Below, one piece after another: positions 46,483 through 55,079 of a DNA stretch of 56,856 nt. Under the pieces are notes generated by a model, which did not search any database, was not told the origin of the DNA, and was given only the letters and a program-made list of their open reading frames with translations. Positions within the stretch are counted from its first letter, which is position 1, and each line of letters opens with the position of its first letter. The DNA is from Candidatus Nanopelagicaceae bacterium (GTDB lineage: Bacteria; Actinomycetota; Actinomycetes; Nanopelagicales; Nanopelagicaceae). The position numbers and the translations under genes were made by a program. The stretch spans positions 1 to 56,856 of the forward strand of contig JBAZYI010000001.1 in assembly GCA_041659345.1 (NCBI GenBank), read 5' to 3'.

Positions 46483-46686
46483 CGGGGAACTCCTCTGGTT
46501 TTCTTCTGCGAACTCTCTAATTTACTCGCTGGACTTCTCGCTCTAAGCCTAATACCAGGCGGGGGTGAGGTGCGAAATCTCTTCCTTGATTCTTGTAACC
46601 GTAGGTCGAGGTCGTTTATGCCCAAATACACTGCCAATCTTGTGGGCAAATGTGTCCATCTCCACGCTCCAGTCAAGAAACGGGGC
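46483..46686 (-). promoter_or_regulatory. 204-nt clpC upstream region (promoter plus 5' leader)
   Basis: This is the longest non-coding gap in the window. SD GAGGAG lies 7 nt before the clpC ATG, and there is a possible -35 TTGACT near 46672-46677. I could not assign an operator confidently. Confidence 0.4.
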
Positions 46687-47181
46687 CTAGAGAATTTTGA
46701 GCATCCTGGTATTTCCCAGCGTATTTGGCTTCACAGACTCTAAATCCAGGAATTCGGCAATACCGGTGTCGTAGGAGTGGAGAAGCTGGGTATATACCTC
46801 TGGCTCCACGGGAGTTCCCTGAATCTCCTTAAAACCGTATCGGCCAAAGAAATCGGTCTCAAATGTCAGGCAGAAGATCCGCTTCACCCCGATTGTCCGA
46901 GCGCGCTCGATGATCGCCTCTAGGAGTCTGCCTCCGACACCTTGCCCGCGAAGATGGTCCGCAACCGCAACCGTGCGGACCTCGGCAAGATCTTCCCAAA
47001 GAACGTGGAGCGCTCCGCAACCGACTACTTCGCCGGCTTCAATGGCCACAGTAAATTCCTGCACACTCTCATAAAGAGTGACTGTCTCTTTGGAGAGCAA
47101 GCGACGCTGCGGTGCGTATGCATCAATGAGTTTGCGGATGCCTTTAACATCGGTTGATTTTGCCGGACGAATTTCGATCAT
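46687..47181 (-). CDS. Amino-acid N-acetyltransferase (short ArgA-like GNAT, Rv2747-type)
   Basis: 164 aa, near-collinear with the mycobacterial short N-acetylglutamate synthase as I recall it (VGCGALHVLWEDLAEVRTVAV, FCLTFETDFFGRYGF, AEFLDLESVKPNTLGNTRML). Confidence 0.8.
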   Translation of the reverse strand: MIEIRPAKSTDVKGIRKLIDAYAPQRRLLSKETVTLYESVQEFTVAIEAGEVVGCGALHVLWEDLAEVRTVAVADHLRGQGVGGRLLEAIIERARTIGVKRIFCLTFETDFFGRYGFKEIQGTPVEPEVYTQLLHSYDTGIAEFLDLESVKPNTLGNTRMLKIL

Positions 47182-47183
47182 GG

Positions 47184-48686
47184 CTAATCAATCTCGGGCT
47201 TCACGAGCGGAAAGAGAATCGTCTCCCGAATTCCAAGCCCAGTCAGCGCCATGAGCAAGCGATCAACACCCATCCCCAATCCACCCATCGGCGGCATCCC
47301 AAATTCCATGGCGCGCAAGAAATCCTCATCGACACCCATTGCCTCAAGGTCGCCCTTTGCCGCAAGTCGACCCTGTTCGACGAGGCGCTCGCGTTGAATG
47401 ATGGGATCAATGAGTTCGGAATATCCGGTCGCCAATTCAAATCCATCGACATAGAGATCCCACTTCTCAACAACTCCTGGAATCTCTCGATGCCCACGAA
47501 CCAATGGGGCATTATCTATGGGGAATCCCATGACAAAAGTTGGCTCGTTCAGTGTGCCCGCTGCGACATGCTCGAAAATTTCTTCAGCAAGTTTGCCCCC
47601 AATCCAGTTGGGATCAATCTTCATTCCAAGTTTGGTGGCTAACTTCTCCAACTCTTTCATTGGAGTTAATGCGGTAATGGACTCGCCCACATTTTCAGAA
47701 ATGACGTCATAGAGGGAAATCTCCCGCCAATTGCCGCTCAAGTCAGATTCGCTTCCATCATGGTGAATAGCAACGTGCGATCCGAAAATTGCCTCTGCCG
47801 AATTCTGGACGAGCGCGCGAGCAAGATCGGCCGTTGTACGCCAATCTCCGTACGCTTCATAACTTTCGATCATCGCAAACTCAGGAGAGTGACTTGAGTC
47901 CGCCCCCTCATTTCTGAAATTGCGATTGATTTCAAAAACTCGTTCGATGCCGCCGACTACGCACCGCTTGAGAAATAGTTCGGGAGCTATACGTAAAAAA
48001 AGATCCATGTCGTATGCATTACTAAAAGTCTTGAAGGGACGAGCCGCCGCGCCGCCAGGTTGCACCTGAAGCATTGGTGTTTCAACTTCCAGATAATCAC
48101 GAGAATGAAAAGTCTCTCGTAAAGATCGCATAACAGCTGGGCGCAGACGAGCATTGCTACGCGCCTCGGGACGGACTATAAGATCGACATAACGCATCCG
48201 TACGCGGGTTTCTTCCGACATTGGTGTGTGATCATTGGGAAGAGGGCGCAGAGCTTTTGCAGCAAGGGACCAATCATTGGCGAGCACAGAGAGTTCCCCA
48301 CGCTTAGATGTGATGATTTCTCCAGTCACACTCACAATATCGCCAAGATCGATATCACTCTTCCAAGAATTCAGAGAATCCTCACCCACTTTATCCAGAG
48401 AGAGCATCGCTTGAAGTTCGGTTCCATCTCCTTCACGCAGAGTTGCGAAGCAGAGTTTTCCGGTATCTCGCTTAAAGATAATCCGACCAGTAACGCTTTC
48501 AATATCTCCTGTAGCAACATCGATTTCAAGGTCGGCGTAGGTAGCGCGCACGTGAGCCAGAGACTTTGTCCGTGGGACCGAGACGGGGTAAGGCTCCACT
48601 CCGCGCTCGAGAAGATCGGCTCGCTTTTCACGCCTGATGCGGAGTTGCTCAGGGAGTTCATTATCTATATTTGTATTCTCAGCCAT
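47184..48686 (-). CDS. lysS: Lysine--tRNA ligase (class II)
   Basis: 500 aa with an OB anticodon-binding domain and class II motifs (FRNEG..., [10 protein letters not shown]). Confidence 0.97.
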   Translation of the reverse strand: MAENTNIDNELPEQLRIRREKRADLLERGVEPYPVSVPRTKSLAHVRATYADLEIDVATGDIESVTGRIIFKRDTGKLCFATLREGDGTELQAMLSLDKVGEDSLNSWKSDIDLGDIVSVTGEIITSKRGELSVLANDWSLAAKALRPLPNDHTPMSEETRVRMRYVDLIVRPEARSNARLRPAVMRSLRETFHSRDYLEVETPMLQVQPGGAAARPFKTFSNAYDMDLFLRIAPELFLKRCVVGGIERVFEINRNFRNEGADSSHSPEFAMIESYEAYGDWRTTADLARALVQNSAEAIFGSHVAIHHDGSESDLSGNWREISLYDVISENVGESITALTPMKELEKLATKLGMKIDPNWIGGKLAEEIFEHVAAGTLNEPTFVMGFPIDNAPLVRGHREIPGVVEKWDLYVDGFELATGYSELIDPIIQRERLVEQGRLAAKGDLEAMGVDEDFLRAMEFGMPPMGGLGMGVDRLLMALTGLGIRETILFPLVKPEID

Positions 48687-48706
48687 AATGGGGTGAGTCT
48701 AGCGAT

Positions 48707-49474
48707 TTAGCCATTTCTCTCGTGAATCAGACGTAGACCGATCAATGTGAGATCTGGTTCGTGGTGCTCAATGGTCTCTGAAATACCTATTACCAGCGGG
48801 GCCAATCCACCAGTTGCAATGACCGCTGGCTTTCCCTGTTGGGATTCTTCAAGTTCAACTGAGATCCGGTGGACTAAGGCATCTACTTGGCCCGCGAACC
48901 CGAAAATCGTCCCAGACTGCAACGCCTCCACCGTGTTCTTGCCGATTGCCGAACGAGGTCGAACCAACTCCACCTTACGTAATTGTGCTGCTCGCGATGC
49001 CAGAGCGTCCACGGAAATCTCAATTCCGGGTGCGATTGCGCCGCCCAGAAACTCACCCTTCGAGGAGACCACATCTAGATTCGTTGAGGTGCCAAAATCG
49101 ACAACTATTGCTGGGCCGTGCGGATAGAGGGTATGGGCCGCCATAGTGTTGACGATTCTGTCAGCACCGATCTCCTTGGGATTGTCAACCAGAAGTGGAA
49201 CACCTGTCTTTATCCCCGGTTCAACGATCGTGGTCCGAATTTCTGGAAAATATGCGTTGATCATGGTGCGCATCTCGCGCAAACTCGCGGGAACTGTCGA
49301 ACAGACAGCAAGGCCGGTTATTGCATATCCAGCTACCAAGGCACCGAATTGCAGCCATAGTTCATCGGAAGTATTTCGCGGATCCGTCTTTACCCGCCAA
49401 GAACGAACCAACACTTTGCCATCGAAAATCCCCAGAACGGTATTGGTATTTCCAACATCAATCGCAAGTAACAT
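48707..49474 (-). CDS. coaX: Type III pantothenate kinase
   Basis: 255 aa with N-terminus MLLAIDVGNTNTVLG and ASKHA-fold motifs (VDFGTST, ATGG). Confidence 0.95.
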   Translation of the reverse strand: MLLAIDVGNTNTVLGIFDGKVLVRSWRVKTDPRNTSDELWLQFGALVAGYAITGLAVCSTVPASLREMRTMINAYFPEIRTTIVEPGIKTGVPLLVDNPKEIGADRIVNTMAAHTLYPHGPAIVVDFGTSTNLDVVSSKGEFLGGAIAPGIEISVDALASRAAQLRKVELVRPRSAIGKNTVEALQSGTIFGFAGQVDALVHRISVELEESQQGKPAVIATGGLAPLVIGISETIEHHEPDLTLIGLRLIHERNG

Positions 49475-50365
49475 TTAGATCTCCGCCTTTAGGTCGAGTC
49501 CGATATCAAATACTGGTGCCGAATGAGTGAGGGCACCAACTGCTAGGTAATCCACTCCAGTCTCTGCATAAGCACGCGCATTGTTGAGTGATAGTCCGCC
49601 CGATGCCTCCAATTTACATCGGCCAGCGGCAATTTCAACCGCCTGCCTGCACTCCTCAACACTCATGTTGTCGAGCAGTACAAGATCGGGATCATGAAGA
49701 AGTATCTCTTGCAATTGTTCCAACGTATCAACTTCAATTTCGACTTCCATATTCGGATAGAGAGAGCGGACACTCTGAAAAGCTTTGACGACTCCACCGA
49801 CCGCCCCAATGTGGTTGTCCTTAATGAGGGCAGCATCGCTGAGCGACATTCGATGGTTGGTGCCGCCGCCCATTCGAACTGCGTATTTCTCAAGTTCCCG
49901 TAAACCTGGAGTTGTTTTGCGCGTATCTCGAATGATGGTTCCGAACTCGCTTACTTCATCAACCCATCGTCTAGTCAACGTTGCAATGCCACTGAGATGA
50001 CCCAAGAAATTCAGCGCAGTTCGCTCCGCTAAAAGGAGCGCCCTCGTGTTTGCACGTACGCTCATCAACACTGTTCCTGTCTCCACTTCGTGAGCGCAGA
50101 GCACTGGAGTCGTAACATCCCCAATTCCCACCGTTTCAAGAACAGCCCGCGCGACGGGAATTCCAGCCACTACGCCTGTTGCACGGGTTCGAAATTCACC
50201 CGTGGAGCGGTGGTCACTCGGAATGGTGGCCACCGATGTTACATCCTCGCCTCCCTGCAGATCTTCCTCAAAGGCACGACGGATCAAGTCCATCACCTGA
50301 TCTGGATTGAGAGACGCTGCAAACAAATCTGCTCGCGTTTGGTCGGAAATTTCTTGATACCTCAT
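49475..50365 (-). CDS. nadC: Nicotinate-nucleotide pyrophosphorylase (carboxylating)
   Basis: Start reset to ATG 50363-50365 (MRYQEISDQ...), giving an ATGA overlap with the nadB stop. QPRTase-like sequence (TRKTTPGLR, MLDN-type LLDNMS, EASGG). Confidence 0.93.
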   Translation of the reverse strand: MRYQEISDQTRADLFAASLNPDQVMDLIRRAFEEDLQGGEDVTSVATIPSDHRSTGEFRTRATGVVAGIPVARAVLETVGIGDVTTPVLCAHEVETGTVLMSVRANTRALLLAERTALNFLGHLSGIATLTRRWVDEVSEFGTIIRDTRKTTPGLRELEKYAVRMGGGTNHRMSLSDAALIKDNHIGAVGGVVKAFQSVRSLYPNMEVEIEVDTLEQLQEILLHDPDLVLLDNMSVEECRQAVEIAAGRCKLEASGGLSLNNARAYAETGVDYLAVGALTHSAPVFDIGLDLKAEI

Positions 50366-51975
50366 GACTCTTCCACCGCCTCGAAACCAGTCTCCCATTT
50401 ACCTTCGATGTTCATCCTCTGCAAAATTCTTTGAGACCAACGTGGAAGTTGCTCTGGGAAATCTTCGCGCCAATGAGAACCTCTCGTCTCCTCGCGCATC
50501 AGAGCCGAACGAACAATTGCCTGCGCAAGTTGGAACAGGTTGGTTGTTTCCCAAGCCTCCACACATGGCTCAAAACTCTCTCGCACTCCAATTTCTTCCA
50601 AATCCTTCTCAGCTCTTTGAAGTGAATGTGAAGATCGCAGAACTCCCGCACCCTTGCTCATACTCGCTTGCAGTGATTTCCGCGCCTTCGGGTCAAGGAG
50701 AATTGTGGACTGTGGAATATCAACGGGTTCAGTAAACACCCGCGGACTTGCTGCGATATCCGCCGCAATGCGGGCACTAAAGACAAGTCCTTCCAACAAA
50801 GAATTTGACGCTAGGCGGTTGGCTCCATGGACACCTGTGCAAGCAGTCTCCCCGCATGCGTACAAGCCAGAAATACTTGAGTGCCCATTAAGGTCGACTC
50901 GCACTCCACCCGATGCATAGTGAGATGCTGGCGCGACTGGAATCAATTGAGTAAGTGGATCTATCCCATGGACCAAACAAGATGCATAAATTGTCGGGAA
51001 CCGCTCGACGAAGCCTGCAATGTGGCGCACATCCAGCCAGACGTGGTGAGCACCCGTTTCATTCATGTGCCGCATGATCGCTTTGGCAACAACGTCGCGA
51101 GGAGCAAGTTCGGCCATCGGATGTTGCCCGACCATAAATCGAACGCCATCATCATCAACCAGGAATGCACCTTCACCGCGCACCGCTTCACTGATCAACG
51201 GCTGCTGCCCTTGGGATGCATCACCAAGCCAGAGAACAGTTGGGTGAAATTGAATGAACTCCACATCGGCCACATCGGCTCCCGCTCGAAGCGCAAGTGC
51301 AACGCCGTCACCGGTAGAGACAGAAGGATTTGTGCTCTGCGCAAAAACTTGACCAAGTCCCCCAGTAGCGAGAACCGTTGCCCGCGCAATTGCTCTACCC
51401 ACTCCATCTCTTGTACCCGCGCCGATGACGTGAAGCGTCACGCCACAAACGGCACCGCTCGCATCCTTAAGCGCATCTAGCACAAGCGCGTGCTCCATGA
51501 CTTCAATCTCTGGATCATTCCTTACCGCTGCAAGTAAAGCTCGAGAAACTTCGGCGCCGGTGGCGTCGCCACCAGCGTGCAAAATCCGATTGCGATGATG
51601 TCCGCCTTCACGCGTGAGAGAAATTTCCCCGCTCGCCTCTTTATCGAAGACAGCGCCGCGGGCGATTAACTTTCGAACTGCCTCTGGCCCTTCAGAGACC
51701 AGAACTTTTACGGCAGTCTTATCGCACAGACCCGCGCCAGCGACTAGTGTGTCGATCTCATGTTGGTCAGGCGTGTCCCCCGGCCCTAATGCTGCAGCTA
51801 TTCCACCCTGAGCCCACTTGGTCGATCCTTCATCTACGCGTGCTTTCGTGACTAGTAGAACTGAAAGTCCGAAACTCCTTACCTGGAGAGCAGTAGTAAG
51901 TCCGGCCACTCCGGATCCAACAACGATGACATCTGCGCGCGCGGTCCAACCTGGACTGGGGGCTAGTAGTTTCAT
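50362..51975 (-). CDS. nadB: L-aspartate oxidase
   Basis: 537 aa with FAD motif VVGSGVAGL and fumarate reductase/succinate dehydrogenase-type flavoprotein segments (HYASGGV, RLASNSLLEG). Confidence 0.95.
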   Translation of the reverse strand: MKLLAPSPGWTARADVIVVGSGVAGLTTALQVRSFGLSVLLVTKARVDEGSTKWAQGGIAAALGPGDTPDQHEIDTLVAGAGLCDKTAVKVLVSEGPEAVRKLIARGAVFDKEASGEISLTREGGHHRNRILHAGGDATGAEVSRALLAAVRNDPEIEVMEHALVLDALKDASGAVCGVTLHVIGAGTRDGVGRAIARATVLATGGLGQVFAQSTNPSVSTGDGVALALRAGADVADVEFIQFHPTVLWLGDASQGQQPLISEAVRGEGAFLVDDDGVRFMVGQHPMAELAPRDVVAKAIMRHMNETGAHHVWLDVRHIAGFVERFPTIYASCLVHGIDPLTQLIPVAPASHYASGGVRVDLNGHSSISGLYACGETACTGVHGANRLASNSLLEGLVFSARIAADIAASPRVFTEPVDIPQSTILLDPKARKSLQASMSKGAGVLRSSHSLQRAEKDLEEIGVRESFEPCVEAWETTNLFQLAQAIVRSALMREETRGSHWREDFPEQLPRWSQRILQRMNIEGKWETGFEAVEES

Positions 51976-52790
51976 CAGGACGGACTTCGCATTGCCATAT
52001 TGTCAATCAATCTCACTCCACTCACCCACCCAGCGACGAGGGCACGTTTAGCAGCACTTTCTTCTCTCGCCAAGGCAAAATCTTCCTCATCAATAATTGC
52101 TGAGTAATCACGTGTAAATCTTGGCTCCTGCGCGAGAGTGTTGTCCAATTGTTCTTGCATCCCTCTTAGCGAATTCGCTTTGGAGGCGTTGATAAGCGCC
52201 TTGGAAATGACTCGAGCCGCGACCCTGTCTTCATCGCTCAATCGTACGTTCCGAGAAGAGAGTGCGAGACCATCCACATCGCGAACAGTCGGTACTTCGA
52301 TGATTTCGATCTTCTTGCCCTGTTCTCGAACCATCCTCGTTACCAGGAAGAGTTGCTGGAAGTCCTTCTCCCCGAAAATAGCCCACTGGGGAGCGATGAG
52401 ATTGAAAAGTCGATTTACCACGGTCAACATTCCATCAAAGTGCCCTTTCCGGCTTACCCCCTCGAAAAGCTCGCCCAGTGGACCAGCGGAGATGGACTCG
52501 ATGTAGCCGGGATAAATCTCCTTGAACTCTGGTCGCCAGAGAATGGCTGCCCCAGATTGCCTCGCGACGGCGGCATCCGCCGCTGGATTGCGCGGATACT
52601 TCTCCAAATCCTTTGGGTCGCCGAATTGCAGAGGGTTTATAAAGACGCTCACCAGCACATTCGAGGAGCACTGCCTTGCTCTCTCTATCAACTTCGCGTG
52701 ACCAGCATGGAGCGCACCCATTGTCGGGACAAAGGCGATGTTGCTGGCCTCATGAGGCAAAAGTTGATTGAGATGGGTTATTTCGCGCAT
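51975..52790 (-). CDS. panC: Pantoate--beta-alanine ligase
   Basis: 271 aa with the HxGH motif (PTMGALHAGHAKL) and FGEKDFQQ. Confidence 0.95.
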   Translation of the reverse strand: MREITHLNQLLPHEASNIAFVPTMGALHAGHAKLIERARQCSSNVLVSVFINPLQFGDPKDLEKYPRNPAADAAVARQSGAAILWRPEFKEIYPGYIESISAGPLGELFEGVSRKGHFDGMLTVVNRLFNLIAPQWAIFGEKDFQQLFLVTRMVREQGKKIEIIEVPTVRDVDGLALSSRNVRLSDEDRVAARVISKALINASKANSLRGMQEQLDNTLAQEPRFTRDYSAIIDEEDFALAREESAAKRALVAGWVSGVRLIDNMAMRSPS

Positions 52791-52834
52791 CTGCTCCAGT
52801 CCTTCCGTGGTACCGGGCTAAGAATTACAGGTTA

Positions 52835-53287
52835 CTAGGCAGGTGGTAGTTGCGCCAAAATTTCACTTACTTTCCCGTGAGTAATGAGGAGTGCTTCAGG
52901 ATCGATCTCCAACCAAGGCTCCAGCACAAAGCGTCGCTCATGAGCAAAAGGGTGTGGCAATGTCAAAGTTTCGTCTGTGCTACGAATATCTCCGTACTGA
53001 ATGAGATCCAGATCTATGACACGTGGGCCCCACTTTTCTGTATGGACGCGTCCCATGCTCTTTTCAATTCCTTGCAACACGCCAAGAAGATCTAATGCAG
53101 GTAAGTCCGATTCCAGAATGCAAACAGCATTTACAAAATCTGGTTGTGGAGGTCCGCCGACCGGTCGAGTTACATAGAGTCTGGACCTACTAATGAGATC
53201 TGTTGATTCCTTAAGAAGCGCAAAAGCCAACTCCACTGCTTCAGCCGGTTCTGCCAAGTTAGCACCCAGCGCAACGACCGCCCTCAA
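52835..53287 (-). CDS. folK: 2-amino-4-hydroxy-6-hydroxymethyldihydropteridine diphosphokinase
   Basis: 150 aa HPPK-like protein (GPRVIDLDLI, LPHPFAHERRFVLEP). Confidence 0.93.
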   Translation of the reverse strand: MRAVVALGANLAEPAEAVELAFALLKESTDLISRSRLYVTRPVGGPPQPDFVNAVCILESDLPALDLLGVLQGIEKSMGRVHTEKWGPRVIDLDLIQYGDIRSTDETLTLPHPFAHERRFVLEPWLEIDPEALLITHGKVSEILAQLPPA

Positions 53288-53646
53288 CGGGATCGTTCGA
53301 TTCTGATTGCAATATCCTCGAAATCCACTTCAACCGGCGCTTGCGGTTTGTGCACCACCACGACAATAGAGGCGATGAGTGGAAATTTTGAAAGAAGTGA
53401 GTCAGCAATCTGTGAGGCGAGTTTTTCGATCAGTGAGACGGGTGGACCCACAATCATCCCTACAACTTCATTGCAAACACTTCCATAATCGACCGTGTCT
53501 TCCACCAAGTCGCTTTTCGAAGCCTTTCGTAGATCCAAATTCAATGAGAGATCAACCAAAAACTCTTGTCCGTTTTCGCGCTCATGTTCAAAAACTCCGT
53601 GATAACCGAATGCGCGGATTCCCTTTATCTCGATTGAGTCACTCAT
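53284..53646 (-). CDS. folB: Dihydroneopterin aldolase
   Basis: Start reset to ATG 53644-53646 (MSDSIEIKGIRAFGYHGVFEHER), giving an ATGA overlap with the folP stop. Confidence 0.93.
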   Translation of the reverse strand: MSDSIEIKGIRAFGYHGVFEHERENGQEFLVDLSLNLDLRKASKSDLVEDTVDYGSVCNEVVGMIVGPPVSLIEKLASQIADSLLSKFPLIASIVVVVHKPQAPVEVDFEDIAIRIERSR

Positions 53647-54461
53647 GTGAATCTCCCTGCCACTGCCACCGCATCCAGATGTGACTTCACGTTGTGGACT
53701 CTGACTCCCCAAGTACCTCGTCGTGCTAGCAGGGTCGTCAATGCGATTGTTGCGGACTCTCGGTCATCAGGTGCATCTGATCCAACAAGCACTCCCAGAA
53801 AACGCTTCCGCGATGCGCCTACCAGGACAGGAAATCCCAACACCTCAATTGAATTCAAATTGTTAAGGAGAGTCCAATTGTGATCCGCATCTTTGGCAAA
53901 CCCAATACCTGGATCCAAGATTATATTTTCTGGCTTGATCCCTGCGGAGAGCGCTTCACTTACTCGCTGGCTTAACTCCTCAACGACTTCCTTCACAACA
54001 TCGTCGTAAATTGCCCGACTCTGCATATCTTTGGAGTCACCACGGCTATGCATTGCGATATATGGACAATCCAGAGATGCGCTTACTTCAAGAATTTCTG
54101 GGTCCGATAATCCAGCACTTACGTCATTGATTATGCGAGCTCCAGCAGCATATGCAGCTTGCGCGGTCATGGCCCGCGTCGTATCAATACTTAGTAATGC
54201 TCCACGGGAACTTAGCTCTTTGATGACAGGAAGTACGCGCTCCATCTCCTCCTCGGCCGAGATCCTTGTCGATCCGGGACGAGTGGATTCACCGCCCACA
54301 TCAATGATGTCCGCACCCTCTTTGAGCATTTCAGTTCCACGCGCAACCGCACGGTCAAAATCGGAGTAGCGCCCACCGTCTGCAAAAGAGTCAGGAGTGA
54401 CATTGAGAATTCCCATGACAATCGTCCGGTTCCTCGGTAAGCCCAAATCCGACAGAGCCAT
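53643..54461 (-). CDS. folP: Dihydropteroate synthase
   Basis: 272 aa (IMGILNVTPDSF, DVGGESTRPG, GASRKRF). Confidence 0.95.
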   Translation of the reverse strand: MALSDLGLPRNRTIVMGILNVTPDSFADGGRYSDFDRAVARGTEMLKEGADIIDVGGESTRPGSTRISAEEEMERVLPVIKELSSRGALLSIDTTRAMTAQAAYAAGARIINDVSAGLSDPEILEVSASLDCPYIAMHSRGDSKDMQSRAIYDDVVKEVVEELSQRVSEALSAGIKPENIILDPGIGFAKDADHNWTLLNNLNSIEVLGFPVLVGASRKRFLGVLVGSDAPDDRESATIALTTLLARRGTWGVRVHNVKSHLDAVAVAGRFT

Positions 54462-54467
54462 CTTTAT

Positions 54468-55079
54468 CTACCTTCGCGTGATGAGGCTAATGGCTTCTGC
54501 ACGTGTAGCTGGATCGCGCAATATTCCTCGAACCGCACTAGTCACCGTGCGCGCTTCGGCTTTACGGACACCGCGCATAGACATGCAGAGATGTTCGCAC
54601 TCGACAATGACTATCACACCAGCTGGCTGAAGAATTTCAACAAGGGCATCTGCAATCTGCGTTGTCATACGCTCCTGTACTTGAGGCCTGCGAGCAAAGA
54701 GGTCGACCAATCTCGCAATTTTGGAAAGGCCGGTGATTCTTCCCGAAGGAATGTAACCAACATGAGCTACCCCATGGAAAGGAGTGAGGTGATGTTCGCA
54801 GTGAGAGTAGACCTCGATATCTTTAATGATCACGAGTTCCTCGTGACCGATATCAAATGTTGTCGTTAGGACATCCTCTGGTGCTTGCCATAGTCCAGCA
54901 AAGTTCTCTGCAAAGGCGCGGGCAACTCGACTCGGGGTATCTCGTAACCCCTCGCGTTCAGGATCTTCACCAAGTGCCAGAAGAAGTTCGCGGACCGCGC
55001 GCTCGGCTCTGTCTTGATCGTAGGGTTGGGTCGCGCGGCCATCCTGCGGTCCCATAGAGACCGAACTGATCTCACTCAT
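54468..55079 (-). CDS. folE: GTP cyclohydrolase I
   Basis: 203 aa ([17 protein letters not shown]). 8-nt overlap with the ftsH stop. Confidence 0.96.
   Translation of the reverse strand: MSEISSVSMGPQDGRATQPYDQDRAERAVRELLLALGEDPEREGLRDTPSRVARAFAENFAGLWQAPEDVLTTTFDIGHEELVIIKDIEVYSHCEHHLTPFHGVAHVGYIPSGRITGLSKIARLVDLFARRPQVQERMTTQIADALVEILQPAGVIVIVECEHLCMSMRGVRKAEARTVTSAVRGILRDPATRAEAISLITRR

Noticed and set aside
46549-46659. 36-codon minus-strand ORF (MDTFAHKIGSVFGHKRPRPTVTRIKEEISHLTPAWY) in the clpC leader, plus the 116-aa track ORF 46326-46676 that runs into clpC out of frame
   Set aside because: GGAG sits only 0-1 nt from the ATG, which is wrong SD spacing. I recognise no family resemblance, and it is not Lsr2-like. 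The 116-aa ORF overlaps the clpC N-terminus in another frame. Ribo-seq could revive the small ORF.
50881-51480. 199-aa plus-strand ORF antisense to nadB
   Set aside because: This is a shadow ORF of a clear L-aspartate oxidase gene.
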